Source: Candidatus Hadarchaeota archaeon (GTDB lineage Archaea > CAYQAE01 > CAYVLA01). Taken from it: 27,207 nucleotides of DNA. Positions 9,387 to 17,261 of this stretch are shown here, one piece after another. How positions within the stretch are numbered: position 1 is the first letter of the stretch; each line of letters begins with the position of its first letter. The translations under genes were made by a program, and so were the position numbers. The notes under the pieces were generated by a model that saw only the letters and a program-made list of their open reading frames with translations, did no database searches and was not told the DNA's origin. The stretch is taken from assembly GCA_964452145.1 (NCBI GenBank), contig CAYVLA010000040.1, positions 1 to 27,207 of the forward strand, read 5' to 3'.

Positions 9387-11146
9387 AGATATGCCTCTGT
9401 GGCGTATCTGCTCATCATCCTGTGGCTGTTGAAGTAGTAGGCGATCTTTCCGATCGAGTCCTTCATCATCTCGATCCACTCGTTCCTCCGTCCGTAGAAG
9501 GTGGGCCCAACGATGTAGCTCAGCTTGTTGTACAGGTCATCCAACTCCCGGACTCTGCGCAGATCGGCAGGCAGATCATCGTCGGGTGAAGGCCCTATGG
9601 ACCAGCCTGTCACACCCTCTATCCATCCCTCCACCCACCATCCGTCCAGAACGCTGAAGTTGATCACGCCGTTGTGAGCAGCCTTCATGCCGCTGGTACC
9701 TGATGCCTCGAAGGGAGGAAGAGGCGTATTCAGCCAGACATCCGTTCCGGAGGTGAGCTTGGCTGCCATCTGCATGCTGTAATCCTCCAGGTAGACGATC
9801 TTGATGGAGTCCTTGAGTCTGTCCATGTGGGCGTGGAGTTCTTGGATCAGCTGCTTGCCCGACCAATCCTTTGGGTGGGCCTTGCCGGCGAATATTGCCT
9901 GAATCCTGCCCATCTGGTTTGCCTTCTGTAGGCGCTCCAAGTCTGAGAACAGGAGATTCGGCCTCTTGTAGCCCGTCGATCTCCGCGCGAAACCCAAGGT
10001 GAGCGCCTCCCGATCCAGGCTGATCCCGGTCTTCTGCCACACGAAGTCCAACAGGGCTTCCTTGGCTTCCAGGTGCGCCTCCCAGATCTCCTCGTCCGGG
10101 ATGCAGTCGACCCTGACAAGAAGTGCGGGTTCATTGGCCCAGCCCGGGAGATATCTGTCGTACAGGCGCCTGAAGCTCTCGCAGGTCCAGGTATATGAGT
10201 GAACGCCGTTTGTGATCGCCGAGATATGGTGGCCCGGGAAGAGCCGCATCGAGAGGTACTTGTGCCTGTTCGCAACGCCGTTGACGTACTTGCTCAGATT
10301 GAGGGCAAGCTGGGTCATGTTCAGCTTTTCGCTGCCTCCGAGCCTCTTCAAGAGATCGGATGGGATGATGGGTCCCAGGACCTGCTCCACCACATCGTAG
10401 GGGAATTTGTCATGGCCGGCCTCGATGGGTGTGTGTGTCGTGAATATGCAGAAATCCCTCACGCTCTCAGGAGTCATGCCATTTGTTCGCAGAAGCTCGA
10501 GCGTGAGGAGGCTTGAATGGCCTTCATTCATGTGGTACTTCCTGACCTTGAAACCAGAGGCCGCGAGCATGCGTGCGCCGCCGATCCCCAGCACTGCCTC
10601 CTGCTTGAGCCTATACCTTTCATCCCCGCCGTACAGCCAATCGGTGATCAACCTATCGTCTGGGGCGTTGCCCTCCACGTTGGTGTCGAGGAAGAGAATC
10701 GAGACCAGGCCGCCCGTTGGGCTGAAGTGGTCGTAGAGCCATGACTTCACTGCGACCTTTCTACCCTCTATCTCGAGTTCAACCCGGAAGGGCAGCTCGC
10801 TCATGAATCTTGACGGATCCCACTCGACTTCGTGTTCAACCTGCCTGCCGTCCTTGGTTATCTCCTGCCTCAGGTACCCCTTCCTGCTGACCAGGGACAC
10901 CGCAACCAGAGGAATCCTCAAATCGGCGCTGGATCGTATGGTGTCGCCCGCCAGGACCCCAAGCCCGCCGCTGTAGGTCGGGATCTCATCGTTCAGCCCG
11001 ATCTCCATTGAGAAATAGGCCACCTTGCTTCCTTCAAGGAAGGCGTGTTTGCAGTACTCGCTGCAGAAGTAGTAGGTCTTGCCTCTGACCTGCGACTTGA
11101 AGTCCCTTGTGTCCAGCGGGATTCCGCAGACCGGATCTATCAGCAT
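9383..11146 (-). CDS. glgP: Alpha-glucan phosphorylase (GT35) with N-terminal YHS/TRASH domain
   Basis: VAYFSMEIGL, YSGGLGVLAGD, HMNEGH, FTTHTP, ITNGVH, GFARRSTGYKR, FAGKAHP and the PLP-lysine motif EASGTSGMKAA. The N-terminus is DPVCG...GKTYYFCSEYCKHAF. Confidence 0.93.
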   Translation of the reverse strand: MLIDPVCGIPLDTRDFKSQVRGKTYYFCSEYCKHAFLEGSKVAYFSMEIGLNDEIPTYSGGLGVLAGDTIRSSADLRIPLVAVSLVSRKGYLRQEITKDGRQVEHEVEWDPSRFMSELPFRVELEIEGRKVAVKSWLYDHFSPTGGLVSILFLDTNVEGNAPDDRLITDWLYGGDERYRLKQEAVLGIGGARMLAASGFKVRKYHMNEGHSSLLTLELLRTNGMTPESVRDFCIFTTHTPIEAGHDKFPYDVVEQVLGPIIPSDLLKRLGGSEKLNMTQLALNLSKYVNGVANRHKYLSMRLFPGHHISAITNGVHSYTWTCESFRRLYDRYLPGWANEPALLVRVDCIPDEEIWEAHLEAKEALLDFVWQKTGISLDREALTLGFARRSTGYKRPNLLFSDLERLQKANQMGRIQAIFAGKAHPKDWSGKQLIQELHAHMDRLKDSIKIVYLEDYSMQMAAKLTSGTDVWLNTPLPPFEASGTSGMKAAHNGVINFSVLDGWWVEGWIEGVTGWSIGPSPDDDLPADLRRVRELDDLYNKLSYIVGPTFYGRRNEWIEMMKDSIGKIAYYFNSHRMMSRYATEAYL

Positions 11147-11416
11147 CCTTTGACCTCTTCGCCAGATCTGGAACGTTCTCTCGATCGAATTAGTCCACTT
11201 GACTGCATGGTTTGAAAATGGTTCCCGATCCGAAGACCCGCGGATTGAGAAAACGCAGTCGTTTGACCCATACGATTCTTGGGCGATGACCTATCAAGAG
11301 GAAACACTAATGCTACGAGATGTACGATGATGCCTAGAGGTTCCGAACCCTGCTGGCTTAGAAAGGGGAGTAGATGCCACGTGAACATGCCGCAGCGGCC
11401 AGACCCCTCATCCCCC

Positions 11417-12592
11417 CTAACGCGGTGAGAAACAACAGGCCCTCGCCGCCTCGACGAAGGCCCTGACATCTGCGGGCGGAACTGCATGGCTCAGAACGCC
11501 GCTGCTCAGGGTCCACCCGCCCTCAAGACCCATGGTGTTGACAATCCTTCCCACTTCGGCCCTCAGGCGTGCGGGATGCAGCATGCTGGCTCCAGGCGAA
11601 AGGAAGACCTTGAATCGGACTCCTCTGCCACCCAATCTGTCCTTGAAGGCGGCAAGGTCGGATGAACTCACCAGGTTGTGAATGGTCCTCACTGGGATCT
11701 TGGCCAGAAGTCCCAGGAACTGGTCCATGTTGTCTTGGGTCTCGAAGCTCCAGTTCCTCCACCGGCACTTCCGTGCGTACCTTCGGTAGTGAGGGAGAAC
11801 GAACCTCTCAACAAGAGCCGGGGAGAAGTATGCCAATGGGTTATCGTACAATATTCCCTCGATGTCCTCACCGGCGTACCTGATCCCAAATTGGGCCTCG
11901 TAGAACCGATCAATCTCTTCGTAGACGCTCATCATCTTGCCCATCAGGGTCCGAACGAGGGCAGGATCGCTATGCATATCTCTGATCAGCTGGGATATGC
12001 CCCTTATGTACGTCGCCATCTGCAGCGGCGACCCATCCCCGCCCTGGATCCTTACTGGAATGAGGTCCCCCACCAGATTCTCTATGGCCTTCACCATCTC
12101 AAGCGTCTCGGGCATCAAACCCGCCCTGCATATCTCGGGGGTGGTGAACCGATCGATCTTGCCGCGGGAGTCAAGAGCTCTGTGGCGGAGATCGATCCAC
12201 GCGAAATCATCCTCCGGGAAGACCGTCTTGCATCCCACGATGGAAGGATGGAGAACGACCCCCCCCAACGGGCCGACGGACCCGGGGACTACCGATGTTC
12301 TGTCGTCATCGAAGTCCCCAAAGGAGTCTATACATGTCCTCAGCTGATACTCCACTAGCAGCTTGGGATCCCGCCAGTAGCGTCCGATCTTGACATGGTA
12401 TCTCCGCTTGAGGTACCAGTCCGACCAGATCGGAGAGAGTCCCAGAGTAACGGGCACCCTGTCCGGTTTCTCTAGGTTCAACGCGGCGTCCAGTCGGCAC
12501 CTCGATGCCTCGATCCGATCCCTGCTCTTCCTCTCCAGTCTGGAAGCCCTCTTCAACAGACCCTCAATCTTGCGCCTGAAAACCGTGTCCAT
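11417..12592 (-). CDS. Uroporphyrinogen-decarboxylase-fold (UroD/MtaA-like) protein, function unknown
   Basis: KPDRVPV, SPLQMATYIRGISQLIRDMHSDPALV, FSPALVERFVLPHY, GGWTLSSG...VPPADVRAFVEAAR. Start is ATG 12592 or GTG 12604. Confidence 0.72.
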   Translation of the reverse strand: MDTVFRRKIEGLLKRASRLERKSRDRIEASRCRLDAALNLEKPDRVPVTLGLSPIWSDWYLKRRYHVKIGRYWRDPKLLVEYQLRTCIDSFGDFDDDRTSVVPGSVGPLGGVVLHPSIVGCKTVFPEDDFAWIDLRHRALDSRGKIDRFTTPEICRAGLMPETLEMVKAIENLVGDLIPVRIQGGDGSPLQMATYIRGISQLIRDMHSDPALVRTLMGKMMSVYEEIDRFYEAQFGIRYAGEDIEGILYDNPLAYFSPALVERFVLPHYRRYARKCRWRNWSFETQDNMDQFLGLLAKIPVRTIHNLVSSSDLAAFKDRLGGRGVRFKVFLSPGASMLHPARLRAEVGRIVNTMGLEGGWTLSSGVLSHAVPPADVRAFVEAARACCFSPR

Positions 12593-12606
12593 GGGACCTA
12601 CCACCT

Positions 12607-13515
12607 CTAGCCCCCGGCTTCTCCCAACCAGCAGTCCAAGATAGCCATATCCTGTGGGGAAACCCCCAGGATCTCGGCCACGACGAATGGCGTCGGCACG
12701 GGATGTTCGATGCTGTGGAGGTCGCTTCCCAGCACCACACCCGCACCCTCCTGCAAGAGAGTCCTGTAGAAGAACAGGTACCGCTCTGCGAAGGGCTCGC
12801 AGTTCATGGCCATTATGCGTCTCCAGCTCTCGCCGTTGATCTCGATGGGCACGTCAAAGTCGGCGGAGGCAGCTGCGACCTGTTCGATGTCGAGGTCAAA
12901 AATCTCCTCGACATGTTCGCGGGGATCATCGTAGGATCCGAGTGGAGACAGGAAGGGGTGTAGCGGCATCATCGGGCCCGGGCCGGTCTTGCCTACAATC
13001 TGATTGACGAGGCTCCTCAGGGGATGTCCGAGCAGGCCGGGTCGTCCATACCGACTCCGGGCCTCCGCGATGCTGTGGATTCCCCGCACCAGGGATTCAC
13101 CGTAGCTCTCGTTCTCCGCCGGGGGCGGCGGCTCCCCGATGAAGAAGGCCACCTCGGGAAGAATGAAAGCAGAGCCCGCGTCTCTTGAGTCCAGCTGAGC
13201 GCATCCCATCTCGGGCCCAAGAAGGATCATTGCCTCCGGGTGCCTGAGCGCTGCCTCCTTCACCTCAGTTGAGAATTGTCCAAATCCCTCCAGGCTGCCC
13301 TCATAGTGGTTCAGCTTCTTCTTGGAGTGGCCTAGGTACCGCCCGAAGTGATCCGTGACGCCAAGGATCCTCCTTCCGGTTGCCACTGCGAAGGAGATGA
13401 AGTCCAGAGCCGAGCAGCACTCGGGACGCTCAGTTCCGGCGTGGAAATGGAGATCGACCTGGTAGAGCCTCAGATCATCCCAACTCGGGTGCCCCATGTG
13501 GTGCAAGGCCTCCAT
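12607..13515 (-). CDS. PHP-domain metallophosphoesterase/hydrolase
   Basis: PHP metal motifs DLHFH, VTDH, GPE, GHP, EIN, GSDLH. Confidence 0.78.
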   Translation of the reverse strand: MEALHHMGHPSWDDLRLYQVDLHFHAGTERPECCSALDFISFAVATGRRILGVTDHFGRYLGHSKKKLNHYEGSLEGFGQFSTEVKEAALRHPEAMILLGPEMGCAQLDSRDAGSAFILPEVAFFIGEPPPPAENESYGESLVRGIHSIAEARSRYGRPGLLGHPLRSLVNQIVGKTGPGPMMPLHPFLSPLGSYDDPREHVEEIFDLDIEQVAAASADFDVPIEINGESWRRIMAMNCEPFAERYLFFYRTLLQEGAGVVLGSDLHSIEHPVPTPFVVAEILGVSPQDMAILDCWLGEAGG

Positions 13516-13771
13516 CGTACAACCTCGTTCAATGCCGTTGGCTTGGGGGAAATAGCCAGCTGAATAGTCTTACCGCACCGGGGCCAGGGCCAAGCAGGCC
13601 GCAACCGTGGCTCATATCGGAGCGTTGAAGCTGTGACGATCTGTGTGCAGTGATGAATCGCCTCGCTTTGGGGCCCGATATGGCGGCTTCATGTCTTCCG
13701 TCAGATGCCCGGGCCGGTTCATCGCCAGGAGGCACCGGATGATGCGTGAGGAGAAGAGCCGGATCAGAAGC

Positions 13772-14095
13772 TCAGTAGATCTTGCCAATGCGGTCCCGGT
13801 CGGTCTCCTCAACCGGTCTGGCGGGCTTGGTTCGGATTGTACTTCTTGCCTTCCTTACCTTCTGGACATCGCGCACACTTTGCCAGTTCCCCATATCTTC
13901 ATACCATACCCAGGCCTCATGACATGCTAGACATTCAGCAAAGAGCGCCTTCTGCTTGGTCCTAGTGGTCGTGGTCCGGTAGTACCAGTGGTCGCCTCTG
14001 GAGAGATGGGTGAAGCATATGAATCTGTTGGGGCGGCCGCAGCTGGGACATCCTTCGGGATGCATGTGAAGGAAGGTCTGTTCCGGATTCAGCAG
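13772..14095 (-). CDS. Small hypothetical protein with two CxxC motifs (putative zinc ribbon)
   Basis: CPSC-x35-CLAC followed by a basic tail. GGTGG (14104-14100) precedes CTG codons at 14095/14092; the alternative start is ATG 14065. Confidence 0.5.
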   Translation of the reverse strand: MLNPEQTFLHMHPEGCPSCGRPNRFICFTHLSRGDHWYYRTTTTRTKQKALFAECLACHEAWVWYEDMGNWQSVRDVQKVRKARSTIRTKPARPVEETDRDRIGKIY

Positions 14096-14550
14096 AGATC
14101 CACCTTGGTTTATTGGCCTGAACCCAGAATCGAATCCCACCTGATTAAGATTTGGTCGCCCGGCCCGCCCCGACGAATCCCTGCACGGGCCCGGTCGCGT
14201 GGGTGTTGAGCCTGCGTCGCCCATCGGACCAGCCCGGAAACACAATACAACGTCCGGGAGACGTCACCCCGGCAGGGACGGAGTCATGAAGCCGGGAGAA
14301 GGCTTCGCGGACACAAGCATTCCTGCCCTTGATCTCCGAGTGCTCTGATCGCTGACGGAAGCTCGCAGATACTCAATCGGCGACTTGTGGCTCATCCCGG
14401 GGGCTCAGTCACGCAGTGGATTCATCCGGCCTCCGGAGGATGGCTTCGCGATCATCGCTGTTCCGATGGCTATGTCTGCTCGATGTCACCGCCGTCGCCT
14501 GAGTAACGATGAAGCTGGGAAAGCCACCCGGCCAATGCCAAAGGCGCGGG

Positions 14551-14560
14551 ATATTTAAGA
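14551..14560 (+). promoter_or_regulatory. TATA-like box for kdsB operon
   Basis: ATATTTAAGA centred about 28 nt upstream of ATG 14584, consistent with a leaderless archaeal transcript. Confidence 0.5.
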
Positions 14561-14583
14561 TCGGACCACATCCCTGCAAGATC

Positions 14584-15339
14584 ATGACGACGGTTATCGG
14601 TGTAATACCTGCCCGGTACGGGTCCACTAGACTGGAGGGGAAGGTTCTGGCCGACATCGGCGGAAAGCCCATGATGCAGCACGTGTGGGAAAGAGCAAGT
14701 AAGGCCAGACTCCTGAACGAGCTATTGATCGCCGTGGATGACCCGAGAGTTGAGGAAGCAGCCAAGGGCTTCGCGGCGACAGTGGTCATGACCTCTCCCT
14801 CCCATACCTGCGGTACCGAGCGTGTCGAGGAAGCTGTCAGGAACCGGAGCTGCGACATCGCCGTCAACATCCAGGGCGATGAGCCTTTCCTCGAGCCAGG
14901 GGCAGTGGACGAGGCGGTCCAGCCGCTGTTGGACGATCCCGCGATCCCGATGGCCACGGTGATGAGGAGGATACTTTCGGATGATAAGCTCAAAGATCCC
15001 GGGGTCGTCAAGGTTGTGGCCGACCTCAAAGGGTTTGCCCTCTACTTCTCACGGTCCCTGATACCTTATCCGAGGAAGCGTGAGGGCTTCCAGGCCTATG
15101 AGCATCTCGGAATCTACGCCTACCGAGCAGAATTCATCTCCAAGTTCGTCAGAATGGCACCCACGCCCCTTGAGCGCGTCGAGGTGCTCGAGATGTTGAG
15201 GGCCATTGAGAACGGCTACAGGATCAGGATCGTGCCGACCAGGTTCGAGGAGGAGACCCTGAGCGTGGATACTCCGGATGACCTCGAGAAGGCAAGGATG
15301 CTTTATGCGAGGATGATGGCTCATGAGAAGCGTCGGTGA
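14584..15339 (+). CDS. kdsB: 3-deoxy-manno-octulosonate cytidylyltransferase (CMP-Kdo synthetase)
   Basis: VIPARYGSTRLEGKVLADIGGKPM, HTCGTER, VNIQGDEP, VKVV, ALYFSRSLIPY, HLGIYAYR, LEMLRAIENG, SVDTPDDL. Confidence 0.9.
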   Translation: MTTVIGVIPARYGSTRLEGKVLADIGGKPMMQHVWERASKARLLNELLIAVDDPRVEEAAKGFAATVVMTSPSHTCGTERVEEAVRNRSCDIAVNIQGDEPFLEPGAVDEAVQPLLDDPAIPMATVMRRILSDDKLKDPGVVKVVADLKGFALYFSRSLIPYPRKREGFQAYEHLGIYAYRAEFISKFVRMAPTPLERVEVLEMLRAIENGYRIRIVPTRFEEETLSVDTPDDLEKARMLYARMMAHEKRR

Positions 15340-16552
15340 AAGGGAGATCGAGGCGATCTACGAGGGCCTGCCAGAGGAAACCAAGACGAGGCTTGACAGG
15401 GCAATCGACGCGATATGCGCGGTCAAGGAAGAGGGGGGCAAGTTCTGCGTCGTGACGGGCAGCGGTCCGAACCTCCACGAAGGCGTCACAACCCTCATTG
15501 CTGAGCTCATCCACAAAGGCATCGTGGACGGGGTGTGCACCAGCTCTGCGGTGGTGGCCCACGAAATGGCGGGCACTCTTGAAAAGGTGTACCGGGTGAG
15601 TGGATCGGATATGGGTCTGGATCCCGACCTCCTGCCGGCCGACGGCAAGTTCGAGGTGAGCCTCTGTGGCGAGTCCGCCCTGCAGAAACTTGAGGAAGAG
15701 ATCGGCGTGGACGGGATTCTCATGGACAGGGGATTGTCCCTGAAGGGGGATACGATCATCAAGGCGGCGGGGAACATGTCCTACCCCCTTGGCCTGAGGA
15801 CCGAGATGGTATCCCGTGAGGTGTGCAGCTTGGCTAGGTCCAAGGGGCTAGGCTACGAGCAGACGGCTGGGCAGGGCGCCGACCCCAGAACCATGCTCGG
15901 GGCCGCGGCCGAAAGGGGCGTCCCGCTTGTCGTCACGGTGCCGCAACTTGTGGGCGGAGGCTCGGTCGGGATGGACATCGCGGACTCCATGCCCATGAGG
16001 GAGAGAAGCCGCCGGGTGGCCCATGTTCTCTCGGAGGGCAGCATAATCGTCGAGTCGGCTCTGGCGCTGGCCCAGGAGGTGCACGACGGCCCCTTCGAGA
16101 CCTACACTGGCCACGGAATATGGGCTCGTTGGACAGGCGACGCAACTTACAGGCTCAAAGACAAGCAGCTGGTCAGGATCGACATGGATCCGAATCTGGA
16201 AATGGCCTGGCGCAAGGAAAGGGAAGAGAGCTTGGTCAAAGAGGCCATCGCCAAAGGCCTGCCCAAGACCAAGCTGATGGGCATTCCCTTCAGAATGGAG
16301 ATGTCCGGCTTCGCCCGCCTGCCCAGAAGCCTGCCGATCATCGGCGACATCGGGAGAATCTGGCCGATCATCGGATCGGAGGTCGGCAGACGCCTTGGGG
16401 TGAAGCTTGATTTCATCTGCTACCCGCAGGAAACCGAAGCGGGAAGACAGATGCGGGAATGGATCGTGGACGAGATCGCGATGCTCAACAGGGAGACGAT
16501 GTACGGCGCCCTTCAGACGGATCTTGTTCCGCTAGGCCACACGACTGATTAG
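15323..16552 (+). CDS. Conserved-looking hypothetical protein, possibly deoxyhypusine-synthase-like NAD-binding fold
   Basis: 409 aa, overlaps kdsB by 17 nt. VVTGSGPNLHEGVTTLIAELIHKGIVDGVCTSSAVVAHE and MLGAAAERGVPLVV resemble DHS-fold segments (inference). Confidence 0.6.
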   Translation: MRSVGEREIEAIYEGLPEETKTRLDRAIDAICAVKEEGGKFCVVTGSGPNLHEGVTTLIAELIHKGIVDGVCTSSAVVAHEMAGTLEKVYRVSGSDMGLDPDLLPADGKFEVSLCGESALQKLEEEIGVDGILMDRGLSLKGDTIIKAAGNMSYPLGLRTEMVSREVCSLARSKGLGYEQTAGQGADPRTMLGAAAERGVPLVVTVPQLVGGGSVGMDIADSMPMRERSRRVAHVLSEGSIIVESALALAQEVHDGPFETYTGHGIWARWTGDATYRLKDKQLVRIDMDPNLEMAWRKEREESLVKEAIAKGLPKTKLMGIPFRMEMSGFARLPRSLPIIGDIGRIWPIIGSEVGRRLGVKLDFICYPQETEAGRQMREWIVDEIAMLNRETMYGALQTDLVPLGHTTD

Positions 16553-16745
16553 CGTGCTGACACCGACAGTTATCGCTATTGCGACTTATCCGAGGATGCC
16601 GTCTGCCTTGACCATCCAGACGAAGGGGCGACGCTCCTCATGACGGACTGCCAGGGACTCCTTGACTGCATCGATCAGCTCCGGCACATAGTGGAACGTC
16701 CCCCGCCGAATACGTTTCTGGGTGAGTTCGTTGAACTACCTCGCG
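16550..16745 (-). mobile_element. Decayed IS630-family transposase 3' remnant
   Basis: Minus-strand translation R*FNELTQKRIRRGTFHYVPELIDAVKESLAVRHEERRPFVWMVKADGILG*VA matches the IS630 C-terminal pattern ERWF.ELT...IRRG.F.SV.EL..AI..Y....N..P.PFVW.A.AD.IL.KV. In-frame stops are at 16736-16738 and 16586-16588. Confidence 0.78.
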
Positions 16746-16895
16746 GGAAAGGTGCTTGCGCGAGCCAACCTGCCTTTTCGATCCCCTTCTGCCTGGGTTT
16801 GGAACTCCAGCCCGGGATCTGAAGACGGGGGCGCCACCAACGAGCGCCTTCCAGCCTCCAGCCGCAAGATATTTAGGTGGGCCACGATCTAGGCC

Positions 16896-17081
16896 ATGGA
16901 CAGCATAGCCCTTGCGACCGATCTCGCCCTGAAGGCAAAGGACGAGGCCATGCTTTGGGTGTATGTCATCGAATGGCTCACGGTAAGCGGCACCGCCATG
17001 ATCACCGGCTCCGTGCTCTGGACCCTTATGATCAGGAAGGCCGCATACAGGCCCGTTGCAGTGACGCGTTTCAACATCTAG
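16896..17081 (+). pseudogene. Orphan C-terminal fragment (stalk end + TM + basic tail) of the surface-protein paralog family
   Basis: ALKAKDEAMLWVYVIEWLTVSGT...LWTLMIRKAAYRPVAVTR matches the C-termini of 18604-19845, 21208-22419 and 25874-27094. An in-frame TAG lies at 16890-16892 and no N-terminal domain is present upstream. Confidence 0.8.
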
Positions 17082-17261
17082 ACCGTAGGATTCCTGATCG
17101 AACGAGGTCCTCCCGGTTGCCGTCATGTCCCTCTCGGAAGTCCTGCCCAGCACATGGCCGCGGATGATGTCAGGGCGAAAGCAAAGGTGGGGATCGCTCG
17201 TAAGCTCCTCTAGACAAGGCCAACAAAGATACTTAAGATGCGCTTGCATTGCTGCAATCCT

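Noticed and set aside
11147..11416. 270-nt intergenic region and ORF 11140-11487 as possible ncRNA or peptide
   Set aside because: No recognisable RNA fold, tRNA arms or protein motif; most simply the glgP upstream region.
16890..16892. In-frame TAG just upstream of the orphan tail as possible pyrrolysine read-through
   Set aside because: The upstream frame (…GATNERLPASSRKIFRWATI) does not convincingly match the family stalk and runs into the IS remnant; no pyl genes are in the window.
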